From: Candidatus Eiseniibacteriota bacterium
Lineage (GTDB): Bacteria; Eisenbacteria; RBG-16-71-46
Length of the DNA stretch: 64,000 bases
Direction of reading: 5' to 3'
Assembly (NCBI GenBank): GCA_963717935.1
Contig: CAVQXP010000004.1
Coordinates: 1,216,001-1,280,000 of the forward strand
Shown here: piece by piece, positions 21,384-35,244 of the stretch
Layout: each line of letters starts with the position of its first letter
Numbering within the stretch: position 1 is the stretch's first letter
Notes under the pieces: model-generated
Seen by the model: the letters and a program-made list of their open reading frames with translations, nothing else
The model's database searches: none
What the model was told of the DNA's origin: nothing
Program-made: the position numbers and the translations under genes

Positions 21384-21565
21384 CCCCGGTCCGCGCATCG
21401 CCGAGGCCGGGCCGCCACGGTCAGGCCCCCGGCGGCCGCTCCGCCGACCGCGGAGCCCGCGCAAGTTTGTCTTGTCGCAGCGGTTCGGGTGTGGTACCGC
21501 TCCTCGCGGTTCACACGGACGTGCCCGGAGTCTGAACCGGCCAAACTCATTTGGCGGGGGAAGCC

Positions 21566-22075
21566 ATGCCTCAGTGGACTCTGTTCGAAAACGACTTTCG
21601 CTCCATCGATGGTGTTCTGAACGGGTTGCTCGAACGGACCAACGCGCTTTCAGTGCACCTGGTGGACCGCTCCGGCCAGCTCATCACCTCGGTCGGACGC
21701 ACCGGTGACTTCGATGCCACCGCCTTCGCCAGCCTCGTGGCGGCCGATTTCACGGCCAACGCCGAGCTTTCCCAGTTGATGGGGGAAGAGGGTCTCGCAG
21801 CCGTGGTGAGCGAGGGACGCGAGCGCTCGGTCCACTCGTGCCTGCTGGCCGGGCGGGTCATCATGTGCACCGTCTACGACCGACGCAGCACGCTGGGGCT
21901 GGTACGGTTCCGGGCGAACCGGGCGGCGCAGGACCTGGGCGATATCTTCGAGGGCCTGTTCGAGAAGGTGGGCCTGTTCGAGCCCGGCCTGCAGCCCGAG
22001 CCGCAGATGGAGCCGACGAGCCCCGAGTTCGCGCTGGCCGCGAGCCAGGAAGTCGACGCTCTCTTCGGCGACTGA
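21566..22075 (+). CDS. mglB: Roadblock/LC7 protein MglB (GAP)
   Basis: LVDRSGQLI, ASLVAA, STLGLVR and C-terminal VDALFGD, matching the layout of Myxococcus MglB. Confidence 0.85.
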   Translation: MPQWTLFENDFRSIDGVLNGLLERTNALSVHLVDRSGQLITSVGRTGDFDATAFASLVAADFTANAELSQLMGEEGLAAVVSEGRERSVHSCLLAGRVIMCTVYDRRSTLGLVRFRANRAAQDLGDIFEGLFEKVGLFEPGLQPEPQMEPTSPEFALAASQEVDALFGD

Positions 22076-22117
22076 CCACACCGCGCAACGTCACCTGGGC
22101 GAGACGAGGGGGACCTC

Positions 22118-22790
22118 ATGGCGCTCATCAACCACCGGGCGCGCGAGATCCACTTCAAGGTCGTCTACTTCGGGCCCGGGTTGGGCGGCAAGACCACCAA
22201 CCTGCGCTTCCTGCACGACCGTCTGCCTGCGGAGCGGCGCGGACGGCTCATCTCGATCGCGACCGATCACGAGCGCACGCTGTTCTTCGACTTCCTGCCC
22301 GTGGACCTGGGGCAGGTGAACGGCTTCCTGACGCGCTTCCACCTCTACACGGTGCCCGGACAGGTCTACTACCGGCTCTCGCGCCGCGCCGTGCTGCAGG
22401 GGGCCGACGGGCTGGTCTTCGTGGCCGACTCGCACCCGGCACGCGAGCAGGCGAACGTCGACTCGCTCGCACGACCTCGCCACGCACCTGCGCTCGATGG
22501 CCCTGACCCCGGCGCAGCTCGAGCGCATCCCGCGCGTCTTCCAGTGGAACAAGCGCGACCTGCCCGCGGCGCTGCCGGTCGAGCGTCTGCGTGCGGCGCT
22601 CAACCCGGGCGCCGCGCCCGAGTTCGAGGCGGTGGCTTCCGAGGGCCGTGGCGTCAGCGAGACGCTGCGGACCATCTGCAAGGCCGTGCTCGCCCGGCTG
22701 GGTGGGGAGGGGCGGACGCCGGCGCCCCGGCCCGTGACGGTCGTGCCGGCGTCGCAGCCCGGTGCCGCCGTCCCGGTGCCACAGCCATGA
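22118..22790 (+). CDS. mglA: Small Ras-like GTPase MglA, frameshifted near 22470
   Basis: [48 protein letters not shown]. Confidence 0.92.
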
Positions 22791-23254
22791 AGGCCCTGGC
22801 CCGCTTCATCGCCACGCTGGGCCCTGTGGGCTCGGCCCCGATCGCCCCGGCGACGGCCGGCAGCGCCGTCGTGGTCCTGGCGGGCTACTTCGTCCCGGTC
22901 CCGGCGCTCTGGGTGGCGCTGCTGCTCATCCTGGCCTGCGCGGCGCTGGCCGTCTGGAGCGCCGGCGAGGCCGAGATGGCCCTGGGTCACGACGCCAAGC
23001 CCATCGTCATCGACGAGGTCGTCGGCCAGAGCCTGGCCCTGCTCTTCGTGCCGCACAGCCCGCTCGCCTTCCTCGCCGCCTTCGTCCTGTTCCGCGGCTT
23101 CGACGTCTGGAAGCCGCTCGGTGCGCGCGAGATCCAGCGGCTCCCGGGTGGCTGGGGCGTGGTCGCTGACGACGTGGTCGCGGGGCTCACGGCCTGCGGG
23201 GCCTTCCACCTCGGTTTCTGGGCTCTGCAGCGCTTCGGCGGGTTCGCGGGCTGA
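22787..23254 (+). CDS. pgpA: Phosphatidylglycerophosphatase A
   Basis: [32 protein letters not shown]. Confidence 0.9.
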   Translation: MKALARFIATLGPVGSAPIAPATAGSAVVVLAGYFVPVPALWVALLLILACAALAVWSAGEAEMALGHDAKPIVIDEVVGQSLALLFVPHSPLAFLAAFVLFRGFDVWKPLGAREIQRLPGGWGVVADDVVAGLTACGAFHLGFWALQRFGGFAG

Positions 23255-23513
23255 ACCAAGCGGTTGCCCCGCGGGAGGTTGGTGCTGGCCTTCGGGAATC
23301 CTCTTGAGTTCCCGGGATTCCCGGCCGATATTCTCCTTGTCTTCGGTCGGTCAGGATGTGCAGCAGACGTTCGATTCCGCCAGGGACACCTGGCGGTTTC
23401 TGTTTGAAGGCGCATCGGTCGAACGAAGTACGGCCATGGTGGCCGGACGTTGCCGCCACGTGATGAGGCGGCAGAGCAAGGGGTCTCCGGATCCCGGTTT
23501 CAAGGAGTCTCAA

Positions 23514-23714
23514 GTGGCTCGTGGCACGGTGAAGTGGTTCAACGAGGCGAAGGGTTTCGGTTTCATCTCTCAGGAAGGTGGCGAGGACGTGTTCGTGCAC
23601 TTCTCGGCCATCCAGGGCGACGGCTTCAAGTCGCTTGCCGAGGGCGAGGCAGTGGAGTTCGACGTCACGCGTGGCCCGAAGGGGCTGCAGGCGTCGAACG
23701 TCCGCAAGGCATAG
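23514..23714 (+). CDS. cspA: Cold-shock protein
   Basis: GTVKWFN.AKGFGFI (RNP1), DVFVHFSAI (RNP2); AAGGAG RBS with GTG start; long upstream leader. Confidence 0.95.
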   Translation: MARGTVKWFNEAKGFGFISQEGGEDVFVHFSAIQGDGFKSLAEGEAVEFDVTRGPKGLQASNVRKA

Positions 23715-23737
23715 CCCGGGGAACCACCTCACGCCGC

Positions 23738-23763
23738 GGGCGGCATCCTCCGGGATGCCGCCC
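23738..23763 (+). terminator. Hairpin after csp
   Basis: GGGCGGCATCC-TCCG-GGATGCCGCCC. Confidence 0.55.
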
Positions 23764-23891
23764 TGAGCGTTTCTGCAGCACCGGCCCTGGCGCCGGACCT
23801 CTGACAGAGAGCCCTCGCGGCCGCCCGGCCTGCAAGCAGGTCGCCCGCCTGGTTGCGCAGGGGCTCGGCGTTGCGGCACAGTCCAGCCGCC

Positions 23892-25409
23892 ATGCAGATC
23901 GAGATCGTCACCATCGGCAACGAAGTGCTCTCGGGCCGTACCGTGGACACGAACTTCGCCTGGCTCGCGCGCGCGCTGGAGCGCGCCAGCGTCCAGGTGG
24001 CCTGGCACACGACCGTGGGCGACACGGCCGAGAGGATCGGCGAGGCGCTCAAGCGCGCGCTCGAGCGCGCCGACGGCGTGGTGATGACCGGGGGCCTGGG
24101 GCCCACGCCGGATGACATCACCCGCCGGGTCATCGCCACGGTGCTCGCCCGTCCGCTCCAGCTCGACGAAGCCGTGCTCGAACACGTCCGCGAGCGGGCG
24201 AAGCGTTCCGGGCGGCGGCTGCCGGCCTCGATCGAGAGCATGGCGCTCCTGCCGCGCGGGGCCGAGGCGTGGCTCAACCCGGTGGGCTCCGCGCCGGGGA
24301 TCCTCGTGCTGCAGGGCGAGAAGCCCTTGATCCTGCTGCCCGGTGTGCCCCACGAGATGGAAGCGCTCGCGACCGAGCGCGTCGTGCCCTATCTGCGCCA
24401 GCGCACCGGTCGCACGGTCGAGACCTTCACGCTGCGCACCTTCGGCGTCTTCGAGAGCCAGCTGCACGAGCTGATCGGGGCGCGGCCGCAGCGCTGGAGC
24501 GGTGCCTCGCTGGCCTACCTGCCGAGCTACTTCGGCGTGGACCTGCGCGTGACCGTGGCCGGCGCGGGCGAGTCCCAGGTGAAGGAGACGACCGCGCAGG
24601 CCTACGCCGAACTCCGGGATCTGGTGGGCGGCCTGGTCTATGCGGAGGGCGAGCGCGCCATGGAGGACGTGGTGGGCGAGGCGCTGGTGGCGCGCGGCTG
24701 GCGCATCGCCACGGCCGAGTCGTGCACCGCGGGGCTGCTCTCCAAGCGTCTCACCGACGTGCCGGGCTCCTCGCGCTACTTCGACCGCGGCTTCGTGACC
24801 TACACCAACGACGCCAAGGTCGAGCTGCTGGGCGTGAGCGAGATCGACCTCGCCGCGCACGGCGCCGTGAGCGCTCCGGTGGCCGAGCAGATGGCGCACG
24901 GCGCGCGGCATCGGGCGGGTGTGGACCTGGGCGTGGCCATCACCGGCGTGGCCGGCCCCGAGGGCGGCAGCGAGGAGAAGCCCGTGGGCACGGTGTTCGT
25001 CGCGCTCTCCTCGAGCGAGGGCGAGACCGTGCGCCGCTTTCAGTTCGCGGGCACGCGCGCCACGATCCGCGAGCGCAGCGTCCAGGTCGCGCTCGACCTG
25101 GCGCGCCGTGCGCTGCTCGGGCTGGCGCTCGACCCCAAGATCGAGGAGAGGCCGGGCCGGTCGAGCCGGCCCACGCCGCGCGGGGCCGGCCGGCCCGCGC
25201 CAGGGTCCGCCGTGCAGCCGGGGTCCGCGGACGCCGGCGCTCCCGCGCCCCGGGCCGCGGGGCGTCCCGCGCCTGCGGACATCGACGCTCCGGCACCGCG
25301 GGCCCCGGGGCGTCCCGCACCCGGAGCGGCCGGAGGTCCGGCGCCGCGCACGGCGCCGCGGCGCAGGGCGCAGCCCCCGGAGCCGGGCGAGGAGAGGAAG
25401 GGCGGCTGA
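23892..25409 (+). CDS. cinA: Competence/damage-inducible protein CinA (MoCF-like + PncC), with Pro/Arg-rich tail
   Basis: IGNEVLSG...DTN, GGLGPTPDDIT, LPGVPHEM, AESCTAG, HGAVS, ITGVAGP.GG...KPVGTV. Confidence 0.93.
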   Translation: MQIEIVTIGNEVLSGRTVDTNFAWLARALERASVQVAWHTTVGDTAERIGEALKRALERADGVVMTGGLGPTPDDITRRVIATVLARPLQLDEAVLEHVRERAKRSGRRLPASIESMALLPRGAEAWLNPVGSAPGILVLQGEKPLILLPGVPHEMEALATERVVPYLRQRTGRTVETFTLRTFGVFESQLHELIGARPQRWSGASLAYLPSYFGVDLRVTVAGAGESQVKETTAQAYAELRDLVGGLVYAEGERAMEDVVGEALVARGWRIATAESCTAGLLSKRLTDVPGSSRYFDRGFVTYTNDAKVELLGVSEIDLAAHGAVSAPVAEQMAHGARHRAGVDLGVAITGVAGPEGGSEEKPVGTVFVALSSSEGETVRRFQFAGTRATIRERSVQVALDLARRALLGLALDPKIEERPGRSSRPTPRGAGRPAPGSAVQPGSADAGAPAPRAAGRPAPADIDAPAPRAPGRPAPGAAGGPAPRTAPRRRAQPPEPGEERKGG

Positions 25410-25966
25410 TGCGCCTCTTCCTTGCGGTCTTCCCGCCTGTCGAGGTCCGGCGCGCCGCCTGCGGCTTCATCGAAGCGCTGCGCCGTCCCGGCGACGGTCT
25501 CTCGTGGGTGAAGCCCGAGAACCTGCACTACACGCTGCGCTTCCTCGGCGAGGTGGGGGAGGACGGCGCGCGGCGCGCGGCAGAGGCCGCGACCGAGGCG
25601 GCGGTGAAGTCGCGTGCGTTCGCCTCCGCGCTGGGGGGGATCGGCGCGTTCCCCGATCCGCGGCGCGCGCACGTCCTCTGGGTGGGGATGAGCGAGGGCG
25701 GCGAGGCGCTGGTGGCGCTGGCGCGGGACCTCGACCGCGCGCTGGCGAGGCGCGGTTTCGGCGCGCCCGACAAGCCGTTCTCCCCGCACCTCACGCTGGG
25801 CCGCGTGCGCGAGCCGCGCCGCGACTGGACCGCTGCGCTCGCCGAGCTCCGCCCGGTCGATCTGCCGGCCCGCTTCACGGTGGACCGCATCTGCGTGGTC
25901 GAGAGCCAGTTGAACCCGCGCGGCTCGATCTACACCGTGCGCGCCGAGGCTGCCCTGGCGTGCTGA
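25409..25966 (+). CDS. thpR: RNA 2',3'-cyclic phosphodiesterase (2H family)
   Basis: MRLFLA, two HxT motifs (LHYTLRFLG, PHLTLGR). Confidence 0.92.
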   Translation: MRLFLAVFPPVEVRRAACGFIEALRRPGDGLSWVKPENLHYTLRFLGEVGEDGARRAAEAATEAAVKSRAFASALGGIGAFPDPRRAHVLWVGMSEGGEALVALARDLDRALARRGFGAPDKPFSPHLTLGRVREPRRDWTAALAELRPVDLPARFTVDRICVVESQLNPRGSIYTVRAEAALAC

Positions 25967-26165
25967 ACGGGGGCGTGGCTCCCGCAACCCATTGCGCCGC
26001 AGGCGTTCAGGTTCGTTGAAGTCCGTGCTTCCCATCTACTGCCCAAATGTGTAGTATGCCCCCGCAATCAGACCCGTGACCCCGGGGGGCGAGTCACCTA
26101 TCTTCATGCAGAACGTCCCCGCACCGCCCCTTTGAGAGTAGAGCCCCTGCGAAGGAGACGCAGAC

Positions 26166-27308
<1,143 letters not shown>

Positions 27309-27318
27309 AGCGGTCGAA

Positions 27319-27348
27319 GAGGCGGCCCGGGTCCGCGCGGGCCGCCTC
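27319..27348 (+). terminator. Hairpin after recA
   Basis: GAGGCGGCCCG-N8-CGGGCCGCCTC. Confidence 0.5.
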
Positions 27349-27386
27349 CTGCCGCGCTCCCGGCTCCCTGGTCCCAGGTTCCCGTC

Positions 27387-28244
27387 TTGGAGGTCGCTCC
27401 CATCCGGCTGCAGACCTGCCCCAACTGCCCTGACGCCTCCGCACGGGAGGTGTTCACCTGCGACGGCGCGCGGATCGTGCGCTGCCTCTCGTGCGGCCTC
27501 GAGCGGGCGGAGCGCTACCCCGATCTCGACCAGGAGGAAACGCGAGTCTACCCGGCAGCCTACTTCGAGCGGGCCGTGGTGGAGGAGGCGCGGCGCACGG
27601 CCATCTACCAGGAGTTGCTGACCGATCTCGAGGCGCGGCTCGGGCGCAGGGGACGGCTGCTGGACGTGGGGGCGGGCGAGGGGCAACTGGTGCGCACGGC
27701 GCTGGCGCGCGGCTGGCAGGCCGAGGGCACCGATGTCTCCTCGGCCGCGGTCGAGTTCATGCGTCAGCGTTACGGCCTGATCGCGCACCGCGGCGAGATC
27801 GAACGGCTCGGGCTCCCGGCGGCTGCCTTCGACGTGGTCGTGATGTCGCACGTGCTCGAGCACGTGCGTGACCCCGGCTCGACGCTCGCGGCGGTGCGCG
27901 AACGGCTCGTGCCGGACGGGCTCCTGCGCGTCGAGGTGCCGAACCTGGCCGGGCTCTCGGCGCGCGCGAAGAACCTACTGAGCCGGCTCGGGCTCAAGCG
28001 GCACCCCTGGAAGCACTATTCCACGGGACACCACTTCTGGTTCTTCACGCCACGCACCCTCGCCCGGACCATCGCGTCCGCGGGCTTCGAGCGCCTGATG
28101 CTGCGGGCGCCGGCCGAGCAGTGGGACGCACGGGGCGGGGGCCTGCAGCTCGTCAACGCGGTCTACCAGCGCTTCCTCTGGGGCGGGCACGCGGTGGCGT
28201 TCGCGCGGCGGCCGGGCGCGGAACGAGGGGGGGCCGCAGGATGA
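27387..28244 (+). CDS. Class I SAM-dependent methyltransferase with N-terminal CxxC...CxxC
   Basis: CPNC...[38 protein letters not shown]; start codon uncertain. Confidence 0.85.
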   Translation: MEVAPIRLQTCPNCPDASAREVFTCDGARIVRCLSCGLERAERYPDLDQEETRVYPAAYFERAVVEEARRTAIYQELLTDLEARLGRRGRLLDVGAGEGQLVRTALARGWQAEGTDVSSAAVEFMRQRYGLIAHRGEIERLGLPAAAFDVVVMSHVLEHVRDPGSTLAAVRERLVPDGLLRVEVPNLAGLSARAKNLLSRLGLKRHPWKHYSTGHHFWFFTPRTLARTIASAGFERLMLRAPAEQWDARGGGLQLVNAVYQRFLWGGHAVAFARRPGAERGGAAG

Positions 28245-28290
28245 GCCGTTCCGCCCTGCCTCCCCGGCGCCAGCCCGGGGTCTGCTGAGC

Positions 28291-28803
28291 ATGCGCGCCC
28301 GCCCGCCCGTCCGGCTCCAGGAGGCCGATCGCTCGATCGACGTCGGGGCCTGCCGCGAGGCGGCGCTGCGGCTGCTCGAGCGCCAGCGGCGCACGCGCTC
28401 GGACCTCGAGCGGCGGCTGCGTGACAAGGGCTACGCCGCGGCGACGGTTGGCGAGGTGCTCGACCGGCTCGCCGGCGTGGGGCTGGTGGACGACGTCGAG
28501 TACGCGCGGGCCTTCACGGCCGGGCGCCGGGCGCGCCGCTCGGCGGGTGCGCGCCGGATCGAGCAGGAGCTGCGCGCGCAGGGCGTGAGCGCCGAGGACA
28601 TCGAGACGGCGCGCCTCAGGCTCGACGCGGAGCAGGGTGGGATGGACGAGGTAGCGGCCGCGCGCAAGGTGGTCGCCCAGGCCGAGCGGCGCACCCGCGG
28701 GCTCGAGCCGCGCCTGCGTCGCCAGCGGCTCTATGCGCTGCTCGCCCGGCGCGGTTTCGACGGCGATGTCATCCGCCGCGCGCTGGACCTGCCGGAGGAG
28801 TAG
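28291..28803 (+). CDS. recX: Regulatory protein RecX
   Basis: ALRLL..R...DL..RL..KGY, GLVDD..YA, G.RRI..EL..QGV, LARRGF; lies between recA and alaS. Confidence 0.88.
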   Translation: MRARPPVRLQEADRSIDVGACREAALRLLERQRRTRSDLERRLRDKGYAAATVGEVLDRLAGVGLVDDVEYARAFTAGRRARRSAGARRIEQELRAQGVSAEDIETARLRLDAEQGGMDEVAAARKVVAQAERRTRGLEPRLRRQRLYALLARRGFDGDVIRRALDLPEE

Positions 28804-28970
28804 CGGGGCCGGAGGAGTGGCAGGGTCGCCGGTCGCCGGAGCCCGGGTTCAGAGACCGGGCGGCCTTCCTGTATAGTCCCGTGTCTCGACGCCCGGAGCC
28901 TGCGGCCGCGTGACCCGGCCGCCATGGCCATGGCTTCAGGGACCTGCGTGTCACCGACTTGGGAGAACGG

Positions 28971-31697
<2,727 letters not shown>

Positions 31698-31728
31698 GGA
31701 CGGTGGACTCCGGGAGAGGGGATTCACG

Positions 31729-32853
31729 ATGAAGGCTCTGGTACTGGCGGGTGGCCGCGGTACGCGGCTCCGCCCCATCACGCACACCGCCGCCAAGCAG
31801 CTCGTGCCGGTGGCCAACAAGCCGGTGCTGTTCTACGGCCTCGAGGCGCTGCGCGATGCCGGCATCCGGAAGGTCGGCATCGTGGTGAGCGATCCGCGCG
31901 AGATGCTCCAGCCCGACTCGCGCACCGGCGAGCGCACCACGATCATGGTGAACAGCCAGGCCGAGATCCGCCACGCGGTGGGCGACGGTTCGGCCTTCGG
32001 CCTGGATGTCACCTACATCGAGCAGGAGGCGCCGCTCGGGCTGGCGCACGCGGTCAAGATCTCCGAGGACTTCATCGGCGGCGAGCCCTTCGTGATGTAC
32101 CTGGGCGACAACCTCATCAAGGACGGTGTCACGCCCTTCGTGCGCGAGTTCGAGGCCGAGAAGCCCGATGCGCAGATCCTGCTCGCCCATGTGAAGACCC
32201 CGTGGGAGTTCGGCGTGGCCGAGCTGGAGGGCGACCGCGTGGTGCGGCTGGAGGAAAAGCCGGCGCAGCCGCGCTCCGACCTGGCGCTGGTGGGCGTCTA
32301 CCTGTTCAGCGCCTGCGTATTCGAGGCGGTGAAGGCCATCCGTCCGAGCCGGCGCGGCGAGCTCGAGATCACCGATGCCATCCAGTACCTCATCGACTCG
32401 GGCCGGCGCGTGCGCTCGCACGTCATCAAGGGGTGGTGGAAGGACACCGGCAAGGTCGAGGACATGCTCGAGGGCAACCGGATGATGCTGATCGGTCTCC
32501 AGGCCGACATCCGGGGCGAAGTGGACGCGGCGTCCGAGATCGAAGGCGGTGTGGCCATCGGGCCGGGCAGCGTGATCGAGCGCTCGCGCCTGCGCGGGCC
32601 GCTGGTGATCGGCGCGGGCGCGCGCATCAGCGATTCCTACGTCGGGCCCTTCACCTCGCTCGCCGACGGCGTGGTGCTGTCGCGTTGCGAGATCGAGCAC
32701 TCGATCGTGCTGGAGCGCAGCCGCATCGAAGACATCCCGGGGCGGATCGAGTCGAGCCTGATCGGCAAGGACGTGGTGGTCTGCGGCAAGGAATCGCGCC
32801 CGCGCGCGCACCGGCTCATGCTCGGGGACTCCAGCCGGCTGGAGCTCTCGTGA
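31729..32853 (+). CDS. rfbA: Glucose-1-phosphate thymidylyltransferase (long form)
   Basis: LAGGRGTRLRPIT...KQLVPVANKP, GLAHAV, YLGDN, EEKP, RGELEITDA, WWKDTG, hexapeptide C-terminus. Confidence 0.92.
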   Translation: MKALVLAGGRGTRLRPITHTAAKQLVPVANKPVLFYGLEALRDAGIRKVGIVVSDPREMLQPDSRTGERTTIMVNSQAEIRHAVGDGSAFGLDVTYIEQEAPLGLAHAVKISEDFIGGEPFVMYLGDNLIKDGVTPFVREFEAEKPDAQILLAHVKTPWEFGVAELEGDRVVRLEEKPAQPRSDLALVGVYLFSACVFEAVKAIRPSRRGELEITDAIQYLIDSGRRVRSHVIKGWWKDTGKVEDMLEGNRMMLIGLQADIRGEVDAASEIEGGVAIGPGSVIERSRLRGPLVIGAGARISDSYVGPFTSLADGVVLSRCEIEHSIVLERSRIEDIPGRIESSLIGKDVVVCGKESRPRAHRLMLGDSSRLELS

Positions 32854-33713
32854 GGGTGCTGGTCACGGGCGCAGGCGGCATGCTGGGCCAGGCGGTCATG
32901 CCGGCGCTGGCGGCGGCCGGCCACACGACGCTGGGTCTGGACCTGCCGGAACTGGACGTGACCCGCCTCGAGTCGCTGCAGTGCGCGGCGCAGGGGTTCC
33001 GCCCCGACTGGGTGTTCCATCTGGCGTCGGTGACGAAGGTGGACGAGTGCGAGACGCGGCGCGAGGAGGCCTTCCGGGTGAACGGCCTGGGCGCGCGCCA
33101 CGCGGCGCTCGCGGCCGTGGGGGTGGGGGCGACGCTGCTCGCCATCTCGACCGACTACGTCTTCGACGGCACCGCCAGGAGCCCCTACCGCGAGTCCGAC
33201 GCCGCGGGCCCGCAGTCGGTCTACGGGGCCTCGAAGTGGGCGGGGGAGCAGGCCGTGCGCGAGGTCGACCCGCGGCACGTCATCGTGCGCACTTCGTGGT
33301 TGTTCGGCCCGGGCGGGAGCAACTTCGTGGACACGATCCTGGCCCGGGCGCGCGCGGGGGAGCGGCTGCGGGTCGTGGACGACCAGCGCGGCTCGCCCAC
33401 CTTCACGCGTGACCTGGCGCAAGGGCTGCTGCGGCTCGTGGCCGCCCGACCGTCCGGGACCTATCATTGCACCAATTCGGGCGACTGCACCTGGTACGAG
33501 CTGGCGGCTCACGCGCTCGCGCTCGCGGGTCTCGACGTGCCGCTCGAGCGCACCGACACGGCATCGTTCCCACGCCCGGCGAAGCGGCCGGCGTACTCGG
33601 TGCTCGGGAACGCGTCCTTCGAACAGGTGACCGGCTGGCGCATGCCGGCGTGGCCGGATGCCGTGAAGCGGCACCTGGCGGCCGCGGCCGGCGGAACCGG
33701 GAGGAACCCGTGA
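32850..33713 (+). CDS. rfbD: dTDP-4-dehydrorhamnose reductase
   Basis: VTGAGGMLG, ISTDYVFDG, YGASK, RTSWLFG, VVDDQRGSPT, AKRPAYSVL. Confidence 0.93.
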   Translation: MRVLVTGAGGMLGQAVMPALAAAGHTTLGLDLPELDVTRLESLQCAAQGFRPDWVFHLASVTKVDECETRREEAFRVNGLGARHAALAAVGVGATLLAISTDYVFDGTARSPYRESDAAGPQSVYGASKWAGEQAVREVDPRHVIVRTSWLFGPGGSNFVDTILARARAGERLRVVDDQRGSPTFTRDLAQGLLRLVAARPSGTYHCTNSGDCTWYELAAHALALAGLDVPLERTDTASFPRPAKRPAYSVLGNASFEQVTGWRMPAWPDAVKRHLAAAAGGTGRNP

Positions 33714-34357
33714 AGAAGAAGGTGGCGGCGAAACACAGGAAGCGCACACCTCGGACCGGCTGGCTGGAGCGCGACGCGCGCGCCGGGCTGCGCGCGGCGG
33801 GCCGCTCGCTCGTACGGCTGGAGCGCCACGCCACCCGCGCGGTGGCCGGGGCGGCCGAAGCGGTCGTGGCCGCGCTGGAGTCCGGTGGCACGGTCTATTT
33901 CTGCGGCAACGGCGGCAGCGCGGCGGACGCCCAGCACCTGGCAGCCGAGCTGTCGGGCCGCTACCTGGCCGAGCGGCCGGCGCTCGCGTCGGTATCGCTC
34001 ACGACGAACAACTCGGCGCTCACCGCCATCGCCAACGACTACGGCTTCGAGCGCGTGTTCGCGCGCCAGCTCGAGGGCCTGGGGGTCGCGGGGGACGTGC
34101 TGGTCGCCATCAGCACGAGCGGCAGGTCGCCGAACGTGGTGGCCGCGATCGAGGTGGCACACCAGCAGGGCATGACGGTCATCGGGATGACGGGGCTCAA
34201 GGGCCGGGACTTCGCCGCCCTGTGCGACCTCGCGCTGGTCACGCCGAGCGACTCGACCCCGCGCGTGCAGGAGGGACACATCGCCATGGGCCACGTGCTG
34301 TGCGAGTTGGTCGAGCGCGCGCTGTTCCCGGCACGAAGGAAGGCGGTCCGCCGGTGA
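33710..34357 (+). CDS. gmhA: Phosphoheptose isomerase (SIS domain)
   Basis: CGNGGSAADAQH.AAEL, TAIANDYG, ISTSGRS.N, RVQEGH. Confidence 0.9.
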   Translation: MKKKVAAKHRKRTPRTGWLERDARAGLRAAGRSLVRLERHATRAVAGAAEAVVAALESGGTVYFCGNGGSAADAQHLAAELSGRYLAERPALASVSLTTNNSALTAIANDYGFERVFARQLEGLGVAGDVLVAISTSGRSPNVVAAIEVAHQQGMTVIGMTGLKGRDFAALCDLALVTPSDSTPRVQEGHIAMGHVLCELVERALFPARRKAVRR

Positions 34358-35244
34358 TCAGGGCCCTCGTCAGTGAACTGCGGCCGCGGCAGTGGACCAA
34401 GAACCTGCTGCTGTTCGCCGGCGTGCTCTTCTCGCAGCAGGCCGGCCACCCCGAGTTGCTGCTGCGGGCCGCCGCGGGATTCGTCGCCTTCTCGCTGCTC
34501 GCAGGCTCGGTCTACCTGCTCAACGACCTGCGCGACGTCCAGCAGGACCGGCTGCACCCGAAGAAGCGCGAGCGCCCGATCGCTTCGGGCCGCCTGCCGG
34601 TCCCGGTGGCGTGGATGGCGGTGGCGGTTCTGCTGCTCACCGTCGGGGTGATCTCGGCCTGGCTCGGCCCCCTGTTCTCGATGGTGGCAGCGGCCTACCT
34701 GGTCATGAACCTCGCCTACAGCTACGGCCTGCGGGACCAGGTCCTGCTCGACGTGTTCTTCATCGCCCTGGGTTTCGTGCTGCGGGCCATCGCCGGCGTC
34801 GAGTTGCTGCGCCCGCTCGCGCCCGGGACCGCGTTGTCGCCCTGGTTGCTGGTGTGCACCTTCTTCGGGGCGCTGTTCCTGGCGCTGGCCAAGCGCCGCC
34901 GCGAGCTGACGAACTCGGGCGAGGACATCGGCCGGCGCCGGCCGGTGCTCGCGCACTACACGCCCGCGCTGCTCGACGGGCTGCTGGTGGTCTCGGCTGC
35001 CTCCAGCATCATGGGCTACGCGCTCTACACCATCTGGCCCGCCACGGTGGCCAAGTTCGGCACCGAGGCCCTGCTCTACACCGTGCCGTTCGTGACCTAC
35101 GGCATCTTCCGCTACCTGTACCTGGTGCGGGCCTCCGAGACCAGCGAGGATCCCTCGCAGGTGTTGCTCACCGACCGGCCGCTCATCGCCTGCGTGATCC
35201 TCTACCTGCTCACCGTGATCCTCGTCCTCTACACCCGGGGATGA
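34354..35244 (+). CDS. UbiA-family decaprenyl-phosphate phosphoribosyltransferase-like protein
   Basis: LRPRQWTKNLL, YLLND..D...DRLHP.K..RPIASG, GFVLRA.AG, KRR.EL, YGIFRYL. Confidence 0.85.
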   Translation: MIRALVSELRPRQWTKNLLLFAGVLFSQQAGHPELLLRAAAGFVAFSLLAGSVYLLNDLRDVQQDRLHPKKRERPIASGRLPVPVAWMAVAVLLLTVGVISAWLGPLFSMVAAAYLVMNLAYSYGLRDQVLLDVFFIALGFVLRAIAGVELLRPLAPGTALSPWLLVCTFFGALFLALAKRRRELTNSGEDIGRRRPVLAHYTPALLDGLLVVSAASSIMGYALYTIWPATVAKFGTEALLYTVPFVTYGIFRYLYLVRASETSEDPSQVLLTDRPLIACVILYLLTVILVLYTRG

